Shown here: positions 56,483-64,000 of the stretch, in pieces
Position numbering within the stretch: the stretch's first letter is position 1
Layout: every line of letters starts with the position of its first letter
NCBI GenBank assembly: GCA_045604945.1
Contig: JAZUPA010000076.1
Location: 2,281 to 66,280, forward strand
Length of the DNA: 64,000 bases
DNA from: Acutalibacteraceae bacterium
Lineage (GTDB): Bacteria > Bacillota > Clostridia > Oscillospirales > Acutalibacteraceae
Direction: 5' to 3'
Position numbers and translations under genes: made by a program
Notes under the pieces: model-generated
Databases searched by the model: none
The model's input: the letters and a program-made list of their open reading frames with translations, nothing else
What the model was told of the DNA's origin: nothing

Positions 56483-57829
56483 TTAGTCGTTATCTTCCTC
56501 ATGGTTACATTCGTCGCAGTCGCAGCCATCCTCATGAGAATACTTTTCGACCATGTTTACCTTTGCGTTGTCGCGGACAACACCAAGAGCCTTCTCAACA
56601 AGGAGGTCATGTCTGATGCCGGTCTCGGGAATGAGGGTCTTGAGCTCATCTTCGCTTCTGTTGTAAACCTCAGCAAGCTTCTTGTACTCCTCAGCGATCT
56701 CATCTTCGGAAGCCTCGAGAGCCTCAAGCTCAGCGATCTTCTCAAGAGCAAGACGGATCTTTACCTGAGTGACAGCCTGGGGTCTGAACTGTGCGCGGAG
56801 AGCATCAACATCCATGCCGGTATACTTCATGTAATCCTCGATGCTGAGACCCTGGGAGGAAAGTCTGTAAGCCCACTGCTCGAGCTCACGGTCTGCCTCT
56901 TCCTCGAACATCTCGTCGGGAATGTCAGCCTCTACAAGATCAGCAAGAGCAACAAGGAGCTTCTCGTCGAATGCGCGGTTAGCTTCTGCCTCTGCCTTCT
57001 TTACAAGGTTTTCCTTAATGTCTGCCTTATATTCATCGAGAGTATCAAAACCGTTGTCTGCTGCGAGATCATCATCGATTGCAGGGAGCTCTTCCTTCTT
57101 GAGGCCGTGGAGCTTGATCTTGAATACTGCAGGCTTGCCCTTGAGCTCTTCTGCGTGGTATTCTTCGGGGAAGGTAACGTTTACGTCAAACTCTTCGCCG
57201 ATGGAGTGACCGACCATCTGCTCCTCAAAGCCGGGGATAAACTGACCGGAACCGAGCTCAAGCTCAAAGCCCTCAGCTGTGCCGCCTTCAAATGCAACGC
57301 CGTCAACATAGCCTGCAAAGTCAAAGAGAGCGATATCGCCGTTCTCTGCAGCTCTGTCGTCGATCTCGGTCATTCTTGCGCCGCGCTTCTGAGCATACTC
57401 AAGCTCATGCTCAACCTGCTCGTCAGAAACACTTACGATAAGCTTCTCAGCTTCGATGCCCTTGTAATCAGCGATGCTGACCTCAGGCTTTACGGGAACG
57501 TTAGCGGTGAAGGTGAAGCCCTCTTCGCCAACAGACTCGATTTCAACTGCGATATTGTCGCTGACAACATCAAGCTCTGCAGCCTTGATAGCCTCTGCGA
57601 GAGCGTCCTTGTAGAGAGCGTTTACTGCATCCTCATAGAAGAAGCCCTTACCGTACATCTTCTCGATGATGTTGCGGGGAGCCTTGCCCTTGCGGAAACC
57701 GGGGATGGTTATATCCTTTGCTGCCTTCTTATATGCGTCAGCGCAAGCAGCTGCAAAGACTTCCTGCTCAACCTCAATAGTGAGCTTTACATGGCTGTTT
57801 TCTGTGATTTCCTTGTTTTTGAGTATCAT
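56483..57829 (-). CDS. tig: Trigger factor
   Basis: The ATG at 57829 lies 8 nt after a GGAGG RBS. GFRKGKAP ribosome-binding motif and a central FKBP domain. Unusual Cys/His/acidic C-terminal tail. Confidence 0.93.
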   Translation of the reverse strand: MILKNKEITENSHVKLTIEVEQEVFAAACADAYKKAAKDITIPGFRKGKAPRNIIEKMYGKGFFYEDAVNALYKDALAEAIKAAELDVVSDNIAVEIESVGEEGFTFTANVPVKPEVSIADYKGIEAEKLIVSVSDEQVEHELEYAQKRGARMTEIDDRAAENGDIALFDFAGYVDGVAFEGGTAEGFELELGSGQFIPGFEEQMVGHSIGEEFDVNVTFPEEYHAEELKGKPAVFKIKLHGLKKEELPAIDDDLAADNGFDTLDEYKADIKENLVKKAEAEANRAFDEKLLVALADLVEADIPDEMFEEEADRELEQWAYRLSSQGLSIEDYMKYTGMDVDALRAQFRPQAVTQVKIRLALEKIAELEALEASEDEIAEEYKKLAEVYNRSEDELKTLIPETGIRHDLLVEKALGVVRDNAKVNMVEKYSHEDGCDCDECNHEEDND

Positions 57830-57865
57830 GTACATGTCCTCCGTTTTAGAATTTTCAACCTGTTG

Positions 57866-57894
57866 ATTATAACATACTTTTATTAAAAATGCAA
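57866..57894 (-). promoter_or_regulatory. Sigma-A promoter with extended -10 for tig-clpP-clpX
   Basis: On the minus strand: TTGCAT, 17 nt, TATAAT, preceded by TGT. Confidence 0.6.
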
Positions 57895-58776
57895 TCATTT
57901 ACTGTCAGAAGTATCTGTTTGCATAAGTGGAACTGAATTATTCTGTCGACTACTGTACAATTCGTTGAAAGAATGACATTCGGAGCGGTCACTTTCGCGG
58001 TAACTGATTATTGTTGACAGGTTCACATCGTACATACTGTGAAAGATATTGGCATCAGCAGAAGGGTTATCCTTCTTGATTTCTGCAATAAGTCTTTTCA
58101 CATACCTGCGCTTTGAATCCTCTTCGTGCTCCTCGGCATTTTCAGTAAACCTGCAGGCGCAGCGGAGAAATTCGAGAGAATTATATTTTGACCATGCGAT
58201 AATATCACTTTCATGAACATGATAAAGGGGTCTTATTAGTTCCATCCCCTCGTAGTTTGTGCTCATGAGCTTCGGCATCATGGTCTGGAAGGAGCCCTGA
58301 TAGAGCATGCTCATCATGACAGTCTCGATAACATCGTCAAAGTGATGACCGAGTGCAATTTTGTTGCATCCAAGAGATTTCGCTTCCTTGTAGAGGTATC
58401 CCCTTCTCATTCTTGCGCAAAGATAACAGGGGGAGCCTTTCTCCTGTTTGTAGACATAATTAAATATCGGCGCATCGAAATAATGAACCGGAATATCCAG
58501 AATATCGGCGTTTTCTCTCAGGCGTTTTTCGTTTTCTTCGTTGTAGCCGGGATTCATTGCGATGTACCTGACATCGAAGTGAAAATCACTGTATTTCTGA
58601 AGCAATTTAAAGCAGACAGCCAGAAGCATTGAATCCTTCCCACCTGAAATACATACACCTATCGTATCCTCCGGTTCAACCAGCGAATACTCCTTGATTG
58701 CAGCGATAAATCTGTTCCAGACAGTTTTTCTGAATTTTTTTGTTATGCTGCGTTCAGCCTCACAGGCTCTTATCAC
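57895..58776 (-). CDS. PP-loop ATPase, TtcA-like tRNA thiolation protein
   Basis: CISGGKDS PP-loop motif. The GTG at 58776 lies 7 nt after a GGAGG RBS and downstream of a consensus promoter, so the ORF-track extension to 58902 would include that promoter. Confidence 0.75.
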   Translation of the reverse strand: MIRACEAERSITKKFRKTVWNRFIAAIKEYSLVEPEDTIGVCISGGKDSMLLAVCFKLLQKYSDFHFDVRYIAMNPGYNEENEKRLRENADILDIPVHYFDAPIFNYVYKQEKGSPCYLCARMRRGYLYKEAKSLGCNKIALGHHFDDVIETVMMSMLYQGSFQTMMPKLMSTNYEGMELIRPLYHVHESDIIAWSKYNSLEFLRCACRFTENAEEHEEDSKRRYVKRLIAEIKKDNPSADANIFHSMYDVNLSTIISYRESDRSECHSFNELYSSRQNNSVPLMQTDTSDSK

Positions 58777-58809
58777 CGCTCTGCCTCCTGTCTCAGGAAT
58801 AGTGTGTAC

Positions 58810-58838
58810 ATTATACAGTGTTGCAATCATTATGTCAA
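58810..58838 (-). promoter_or_regulatory. Consensus sigma-A promoter for the ttcA-like gene
   Basis: On the minus strand: TTGACA, 17 nt, TATAAT. Confidence 0.65.
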
Positions 58839-58860
58839 CACAATCTATAGGTAATGTGTA

Positions 58861-58889
58861 TTGATAAAACATCATTATTGTTATATAAT
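58861..58889 (+). promoter_or_regulatory. Sigma-A promoter for the C11-like gene
   Basis: TTGATA, 17 nt, TATAAT. Confidence 0.6.
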
Positions 58890-58919
58890 TATCAAAAATC
58901 AATTTCGGAGGACAGGGTC

Positions 58920-61196
58920 ATGAGCGGAAAGGCAAGCATCGGTCGCAGACGAAACAGAAAAGGCAACACAGCTGTTCGCCTTCTAACGGCTGTTCTGATT
59001 ATTATATCCGTTGTACTTACTCTTGAGAACTCAGGTTTCTTCAATGAAACCGTTATTTATGAGCCTTCCGGGATTTCATATTATCAGAATCCTGTATCTC
59101 CCACTGCTGAACCTTGCTACTCCGGTGCAGCCCTGATGGAAACGGTTTCTGAAGGAAATGAAGAAAACAATCTGACTGTATTCAAGGATGGCGTTCCGGG
59201 ACCGAGAACATCAAGAACCGACATAATCGGCGACGGCAAGGATGTATTTACCGTAATGATTTATATGTGTGGTTCAGACAGCGAGAGCAAATTCGGTCTT
59301 GCAAGCGATGATATTGCAGAAATGCTTGCCGCCGAAAAATCAGGGAAGCTCAATATAATACTCCAGACAGGCGGCTCGGCAAGCTGGGAAAATCCATCGA
59401 TCAAAAATCAGGACTGCCGGAGATTCAAAATATCAAAAGGAAAGATGACTTCCCTTTCAACAGGCAACGGCGTAAATATGACAAACTACGCAAATCTGAC
59501 CTCCTTTATCGTTTTCTGCAAAAACAACTACCCCGCTGACAGATATGCCCTTATTCTCTGGGGCAACGGAGGCGCACCCTCGGGAGGATTTGGCTACGAT
59601 GAACTCAATGCCTCCGGAGAATCAATGACCATAGATGAATTGAATCAGGCTCTTTATGCATCGGATGTAAAATTTGATTTTATAGGATTTGATTCACCTG
59701 TTGCTGCAAGCTTTGATACTGCTTTTGTTGCAAACTACTATGCAGACTATCTTATTGCTTCTCAGGAAACTGTCCCTGAAACAGGATGGAATTACACAAA
59801 CTGGCTTTCTGCCATTGCTGAGAATACCTCCCTCGATACCGCAGATATAGCGAAAATTATAATCGATGATTATATAGCTGACTGCACCGAGGCTTCCGCA
59901 GACCAGACTGCAACACTTTCCCTTATTGACCTTGTAGATTTCAACAATCTTGTTCTCCCCTGCACTGCGGACTTTTTTACGAAAATCGATGAAATAATCA
60001 ATGACGGCAATTATCCCTATATTGCAAATGCCCGAGCTGCAGCAAGAGAATTCGGCGGTGCAGATTCAGACCTTGCAGACCTTATGGAGCTTGCGGACAG
60101 AATAAGAACCGATGAGGGCGACAAGCTTATAAAAGCGCTTAAAGACACCGTCAAATATAACAGAACCACCGAAGGTGTTGTAAACGCCAACGGTCTCAGC
60201 ATCTACTTCCCCTTCAATAATCTGCAGGAAACCAACACCGCGATGAATATCTTCCACCGCATCAATATTTCCGACGAATACTTCGGCACTATCAGAAAGT
60301 TTGCGAACATTGCCTTCGGCGGAAGACTTTATTATATGGGCGATGATTCAGAGCAGCCTGCAACAGGTATTTCCAAGAATGTAGCAGAGCATTTCAGCGG
60401 CGTTGATTTTGAAAACTCAATCAAGAGCAACTATGTCTGGGTTGACAGCGAATTCATCGAAAAATGTGAAGATTATTTCCGCAGCAAAACTCTCAGAACA
60501 GATGCTTTTACTTTCAGTCAGGCTGTTACGGAGCAGGGCGAAAGCTATGATGTGATTTATCTTACCGATGAGCAATGGCAGCTTGTTTCCGATGTAACCG
60601 CTGAAGCTTTTATGTATGTTAGCTCCTCTGATTGTTATCTGTCCCTCGGTACATCCTTCCCCGAGCTTACCTACATGAATAACGACTTGCTGCACCTGCT
60701 TCCCCTTGACAGGAGCACCTGTCTTGCAATTGACGGAGTATATGTCGATTCAACTGTCATATCAAGGGACATTTCAACAGATGTGGACAGAATCACTTAC
60801 AGCGTGCCTGTAACTGTTACAACCTCTGCATCAGATACGGAAGAACCTGTCTCCTACCCTGCAGCGCTCCATATTATAAAGGAATATAACCGTCAGCAGA
60901 AATCTGTTGATTTTACCATTGCCTGTGCAGAAATTGCATACGGTACCGAGAGTGATACCATTTCAAGGAAAGTAACTCTGAATGAAGGGGATATAATCAC
61001 TCCGCGATACAGATACTTTGACGGTAATTTCAATGAAGTTCACCCTGACATTACTTCCGCGGATAACTCCATCGAATACTCACTGACCACCTCGGTTACA
61101 GCAGAAGATATTTCGGCTGTTGAGGATTCGGTCATTTACTGCGCCTTTACAGATGTCTACGGAAATGTATTCAGAACAGAGATAAACTTCGACTGA
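58920..61196 (+). CDS. Membrane-anchored clostripain (peptidase C11)-like protein, apparently lacking the catalytic dyad
   Basis: The ATG at 58920 follows a GGAGG RBS, with an N-terminal TM anchor. Family-typical blocks are VMIYMCGSD, LNIILQTGG, YALILWGNGG and FIGFDSPVA. Confidence 0.65.
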   Translation: MSGKASIGRRRNRKGNTAVRLLTAVLIIISVVLTLENSGFFNETVIYEPSGISYYQNPVSPTAEPCYSGAALMETVSEGNEENNLTVFKDGVPGPRTSRTDIIGDGKDVFTVMIYMCGSDSESKFGLASDDIAEMLAAEKSGKLNIILQTGGSASWENPSIKNQDCRRFKISKGKMTSLSTGNGVNMTNYANLTSFIVFCKNNYPADRYALILWGNGGAPSGGFGYDELNASGESMTIDELNQALYASDVKFDFIGFDSPVAASFDTAFVANYYADYLIASQETVPETGWNYTNWLSAIAENTSLDTADIAKIIIDDYIADCTEASADQTATLSLIDLVDFNNLVLPCTADFFTKIDEIINDGNYPYIANARAAAREFGGADSDLADLMELADRIRTDEGDKLIKALKDTVKYNRTTEGVVNANGLSIYFPFNNLQETNTAMNIFHRINISDEYFGTIRKFANIAFGGRLYYMGDDSEQPATGISKNVAEHFSGVDFENSIKSNYVWVDSEFIEKCEDYFRSKTLRTDAFTFSQAVTEQGESYDVIYLTDEQWQLVSDVTAEAFMYVSSSDCYLSLGTSFPELTYMNNDLLHLLPLDRSTCLAIDGVYVDSTVISRDISTDVDRITYSVPVTVTTSASDTEEPVSYPAALHIIKEYNRQQKSVDFTIACAEIAYGTESDTISRKVTLNEGDIITPRYRYFDGNFNEVHPDITSADNSIEYSLTTSVTAEDISAVEDSVIYCAFTDVYGNVFRTEINFD

Positions 61197-61232
61197 CTAT
61201 ATTATTAAGATTTGTTAAATAAATTATTCCGA

Positions 61233-61261
61233 TTGATTTTGTGAGCTTACAGTGATATAAT
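61233..61261 (+). promoter_or_regulatory. Sigma-A promoter with extended -10 for the LtaS-like gene
   Basis: TTGATT, 17 nt, TATAAT, preceded by TGA. Confidence 0.6.
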
Positions 61262-61311
61262 TTCGGCGCTGAAACAAATATCAATGATTACTTTTTGAAA
61301 GCGTGTTATAT

Positions 61312-63384
61312 ATGAAATTCGGTTTTAAAAACAGAAAGAAAGAAGCTCAGGTAAACGTAAATGAGCCTGCAGCAGCTGAGGTAAATGAAGCAGGCAGCAA
61401 TGAGCAGATGATGTCAAGCTTCTGGCTTTTCAGAATGTTTGACAGAAAGCCTGTTTTCACTATCAGCATGATCGCTCTCATACTCAATCTTCTCATTGAG
61501 ATTCTGAGCCGCCATTCAATCATTGACGGTGTTGTCTACATGCTGACCAATCCCGTTGTATTCCTTTACAACGCCATGATCATTGTGCTGACTCTGTCAA
61601 TTTCTCAGCTTTTCAAGAGAAAGACCTTTGTAATCACCTTTGTCTCCATACTCTGGCTGGCACTGGGAATTACAAATTTCTATCTGCTGGGACTGAGAAC
61701 AACCCCTCTTTCCGCAACAGACTTTTTCCTCATCCGATCAGTATATCTGATAGTTTCCGTCTATCTCACCCCCGCACAGGTCATTCTGATTGTTGCAGCG
61801 ATTATTCTCGCTATCGTGATGATCGTTTTCATCTTCATGAAATTCCCCAAGCAGAGCGTACGCCTAAAGCACTCGGTTGTATTCATTCTTTCAATGGTTG
61901 TGCTCGTTGCACTGAGCACCTTCGGTCTGCTGAAGGTAAATGCAATTGCTGACAGATTCGGCAACATGGTCAACGCCTATGATGAATACGGCTTTGTTTA
62001 CTGCTTCTCAGTAAGCGTTATAGATTCGGGTGTAGAAAAGCCCGAGGAATATTCCTTCGATGATGTATATGAGGTACTCGCTGAGAATGATGCTGAGGAT
62101 GATACAGACTTTACCCCCAACATTCTCGTTCTTCAGATGGAGTCATTCGTAGACTGCGAGTATTTCAAGAATTACACCTATTCCGAGAATCCCAACCCCT
62201 ACTTCCAGAAGCTCAAGGAGAATTACAGCAGCGGTTACCTCAGAGTACCGTCTGTTGGCGCAGGCACTGCAAACGTCGAATTTGAGGTACTCACAGGCAT
62301 GAGCCTCTACCACTTCGGCGCAGGCGAATATCCCTACAAGTCAATTCTCCGAAGCTCCACCTGCGAATCCTATCCCTTTGTACTCAAGGAGCTTGACTAC
62401 AACGCACAGGTTATACATAACCACAATGCTACCTTCTACGACAGAAATCTCGTTTACCCCATGCTGGGCTTTGACAGATTTATTTCTGTTGAGTATATGT
62501 ATGATGTCGCCCAGACACCCCTTGAATGGTCAAAGGACTACGTTCTTGAGACCGAGATAATGAAGGCGCTGGAGAGCACTGAAGGACACGATTTCCTTTA
62601 TACCATCAGCGTTCAGACCCACGGTAAATATCCCACAGAGCCTATCGAGGCGACCACAATTGAGGTTGAAGGTCTTCCCACCGAGGAAGATACTGTAGGC
62701 TTTGAGTATTACATCCAGCAGATCAAGGAAAACGACCAGCTTCTTGAGAAGATAGTCAATAACATCATGGCTTTTGATGAGCCCACTGTTGTGGTTATTT
62801 TCGGTGACCATCTCCCCAACTTCAAGTTTGAGCCTGAGGAGTATGCCACAAACAGCCTCTATCTCTCTGAGTACGTTATTCTTACAAACTTCGGCAAGCT
62901 CGGCATCGAGGATCTGGAGGTCATTGACAAGGATATAACCTCCTATCAGCTTGTTGCCGAAGCTCTTGACCGTGTTGATATCCACAACGGACTTATCAAC
63001 AAGCTTCATCAGAACCGTGAAAACAACGATAACTATAACGAAGACCTTGAGCTTATTGAGTACGATACCCTCTACGGAGAAAAGTACAGCTACGGCGGCG
63101 AGGAACGTTATTTCCCGACTGACTTGCAGATGGGTTACGGAGAGATCGTTGTCAACGGTGTTGAGACAGGCGAAGAAGGCGCCGCTCTTATCAAGGGTGA
63201 AGGCTTCAATGAATTCAGCTATGTTTATGTGAACAATCAGCTGGTTGATACGGTGTATGTCGATTACAACACCCTCTCAATAAATGCTGAGGATATTGTT
63301 CCCGGAGCATTCATCACAATAGGACAGATTGGTGATGACAAGGATCTTATCGCAAAATGCCAGCCCTATCAGTGGGTGGAATAA
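61312..63384 (+). CDS. LTA synthase-family (sulfatase/alkaline-phosphatase superfamily) membrane protein with a C-terminal extra domain
   Basis: Five N-terminal TM helices followed by an extracellular sulfatase-like domain (GTANVEFEVLTG, VIFGDHLP). Confidence 0.75.
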   Translation: MKFGFKNRKKEAQVNVNEPAAAEVNEAGSNEQMMSSFWLFRMFDRKPVFTISMIALILNLLIEILSRHSIIDGVVYMLTNPVVFLYNAMIIVLTLSISQLFKRKTFVITFVSILWLALGITNFYLLGLRTTPLSATDFFLIRSVYLIVSVYLTPAQVILIVAAIILAIVMIVFIFMKFPKQSVRLKHSVVFILSMVVLVALSTFGLLKVNAIADRFGNMVNAYDEYGFVYCFSVSVIDSGVEKPEEYSFDDVYEVLAENDAEDDTDFTPNILVLQMESFVDCEYFKNYTYSENPNPYFQKLKENYSSGYLRVPSVGAGTANVEFEVLTGMSLYHFGAGEYPYKSILRSSTCESYPFVLKELDYNAQVIHNHNATFYDRNLVYPMLGFDRFISVEYMYDVAQTPLEWSKDYVLETEIMKALESTEGHDFLYTISVQTHGKYPTEPIEATTIEVEGLPTEEDTVGFEYYIQQIKENDQLLEKIVNNIMAFDEPTVVVIFGDHLPNFKFEPEEYATNSLYLSEYVILTNFGKLGIEDLEVIDKDITSYQLVAEALDRVDIHNGLINKLHQNRENNDNYNEDLELIEYDTLYGEKYSYGGEERYFPTDLQMGYGEIVVNGVETGEEGAALIKGEGFNEFSYVYVNNQLVDTVYVDYNTLSINAEDIVPGAFITIGQIGDDKDLIAKCQPYQWVE

Positions 63385-63390
63385 ATAATT

Positions 63391-63430
63391 ACAGACCATG
63401 CAGTTTCATTCTGCATGGTCTGTTTTTTTA
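63391..63430. terminator. Bidirectional terminator
   Basis: ACAGACCATGCAG-TTTCATT-CTGCATGGTCTGT followed by T7. Overlaps the 3' end of the minus-strand RNase M5 gene. Confidence 0.8.
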
Positions 63431-64000
63431 TCTATTTCTTCAGAAAGCACCCTGTATTCATCCTTTGTCAGAAGGGTATTGAGGACCCCAAGCATTGCAT
63501 TTACCGAAAGGCGCTCAGGCAAACCGAGCTTTTCAAGCAGCAATCTTCGTTTCTGCGCGCTGCACTGCCCGCCCGTATAGCCGTCTTCATATAAATCGCT
63601 TTTGGTAATGGGGTCAGTATGTTCAACGCTCTCTCCTGATACCCCTGCCCTTTCAAGGGCAGCCTTCAGAATTTCGGTGCTCATCCCCTCAACTCCGAGC
63701 TTGCCTTCCTTTGAAGGCGCATCCTTGCGTTTTTCCTTGCCGAGAATATCGGGAACATATACATGTCTGATATATTGATTGGGTATGCAGCTGACAAGAT
63801 GATTTCTTATCAGAAATCCTGCTGAATCACTGTCTGTCATAATAATCAGACCGTTTTTTTTCGCAAGACTCCTGAGCATCTGCATTTTTTTCTTATCTTT
63901 GAATATGGAAAAGCCGTCTGTGGTGATTATCAGTGCATCGATAAGAGATTCCAGACGGATTTTATCGTACTTTCCTTCGACAACAACGACCTCTTTAAGC
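63406..64000 (-). CDS. rnmV: Ribonuclease M5 (Toprim domain); the N-terminus runs off the window
   Basis: ...LKEVVVVEGKYDKIRL...IIMTDSDSAGFLIRNHL... The frame stays open to position 64000. Confidence 0.8.
   Translation of the reverse strand, partial: LKEVVVVEGKYDKIRLESLIDALIITTDGFSIFKDKKKMQMLRSLAKKNGLIIMTDSDSAGFLIRNHLVSCIPNQYIRHVYVPDILGKEKRKDAPSKEGKLGVEGMSTEILKAALERAGVSGESVEHTDPITKSDLYEDGYTGGQCSAQKRRLLLEKLGLPERLSVNAMLGVLNTLLTKDEYRVLSEEIDKKTDHAE

Noticed and set aside
56501-57886. 461-aa plus-strand ORF antisense to tig. The same applies to 9944-10828 (anti-tgt), 42989-44512 (anti-acyl-CoA ligase) and 5774-6439.
   Set aside because: These are shadow ORFs opposite strongly supported genes, with no independent signals.

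Overview
This is a 64-kb core chromosomal segment of a mid-GC, spore-former-type Firmicute. Gene content looks like Clostridia, possibly Oscillospiraceae/Ruminococcus, but the taxon cannot be verified here. I support about 62 densely packed protein genes. I see no rRNA or tRNA genes, no CRISPR array, and no transposase or prophage. Gene content in order: tail of a 2-oxoacid:ferredoxin oxidoreductase operon; murC; prfB; groESL with a CIRCE operator; ogt-tgt; a Big_2/M14 peptidase; yajC; proC; a spoIIM-like gene, xerD and sigG; a tyrS T-box and tyrS; an mreB-like gene; glpK; nrdG; deoC-deoD-pdp. Next comes the conserved Firmicute block nusB-xseAB-ispA-dxs-tlyA-nadK-argR-recN-cwlD-radA, then a second Xer-family recombinase. 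After that a 16-kb minus-strand block holds an acyl-CoA synthetase, ylmC, a PPTase, xylB, an esterase, a flavin reductase, trpS, an aminotransferase, alr, an orphan SBP, clpX-clpP-tig and a ttcA-like gene. The window ends with a C11-like protein, an LtaS-like protein and a partial RNase M5 gene. I found no obvious accessory or defence island, so the most interesting signals are cis-regulatory or architectural. (1) A Leu-type (CUC) T-box with a consensus promoter drives a YngI/ACSF2-like acyl-CoA synthetase. This is an unusual T-box target and suggests tRNA-Leu-controlled activation of a branched short-chain acid. (2) A perfect 11-6-11 dif-like palindrome sits directly upstream of the second Xer recombinase gene, about 1 kb from a convergent gene-orientation switch. 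(3) An unassigned promoter-plus-overlapping-terminators leader or sRNA lies upstream of proC. (4) A 3' UTR carries an array of short perfect hairpins that includes a three-way junction. (5) A clostripain (C11)-like protein appears to lack both catalytic dyad residues. All functional calls come from motif and sequence recognition by eye. No database search was run.
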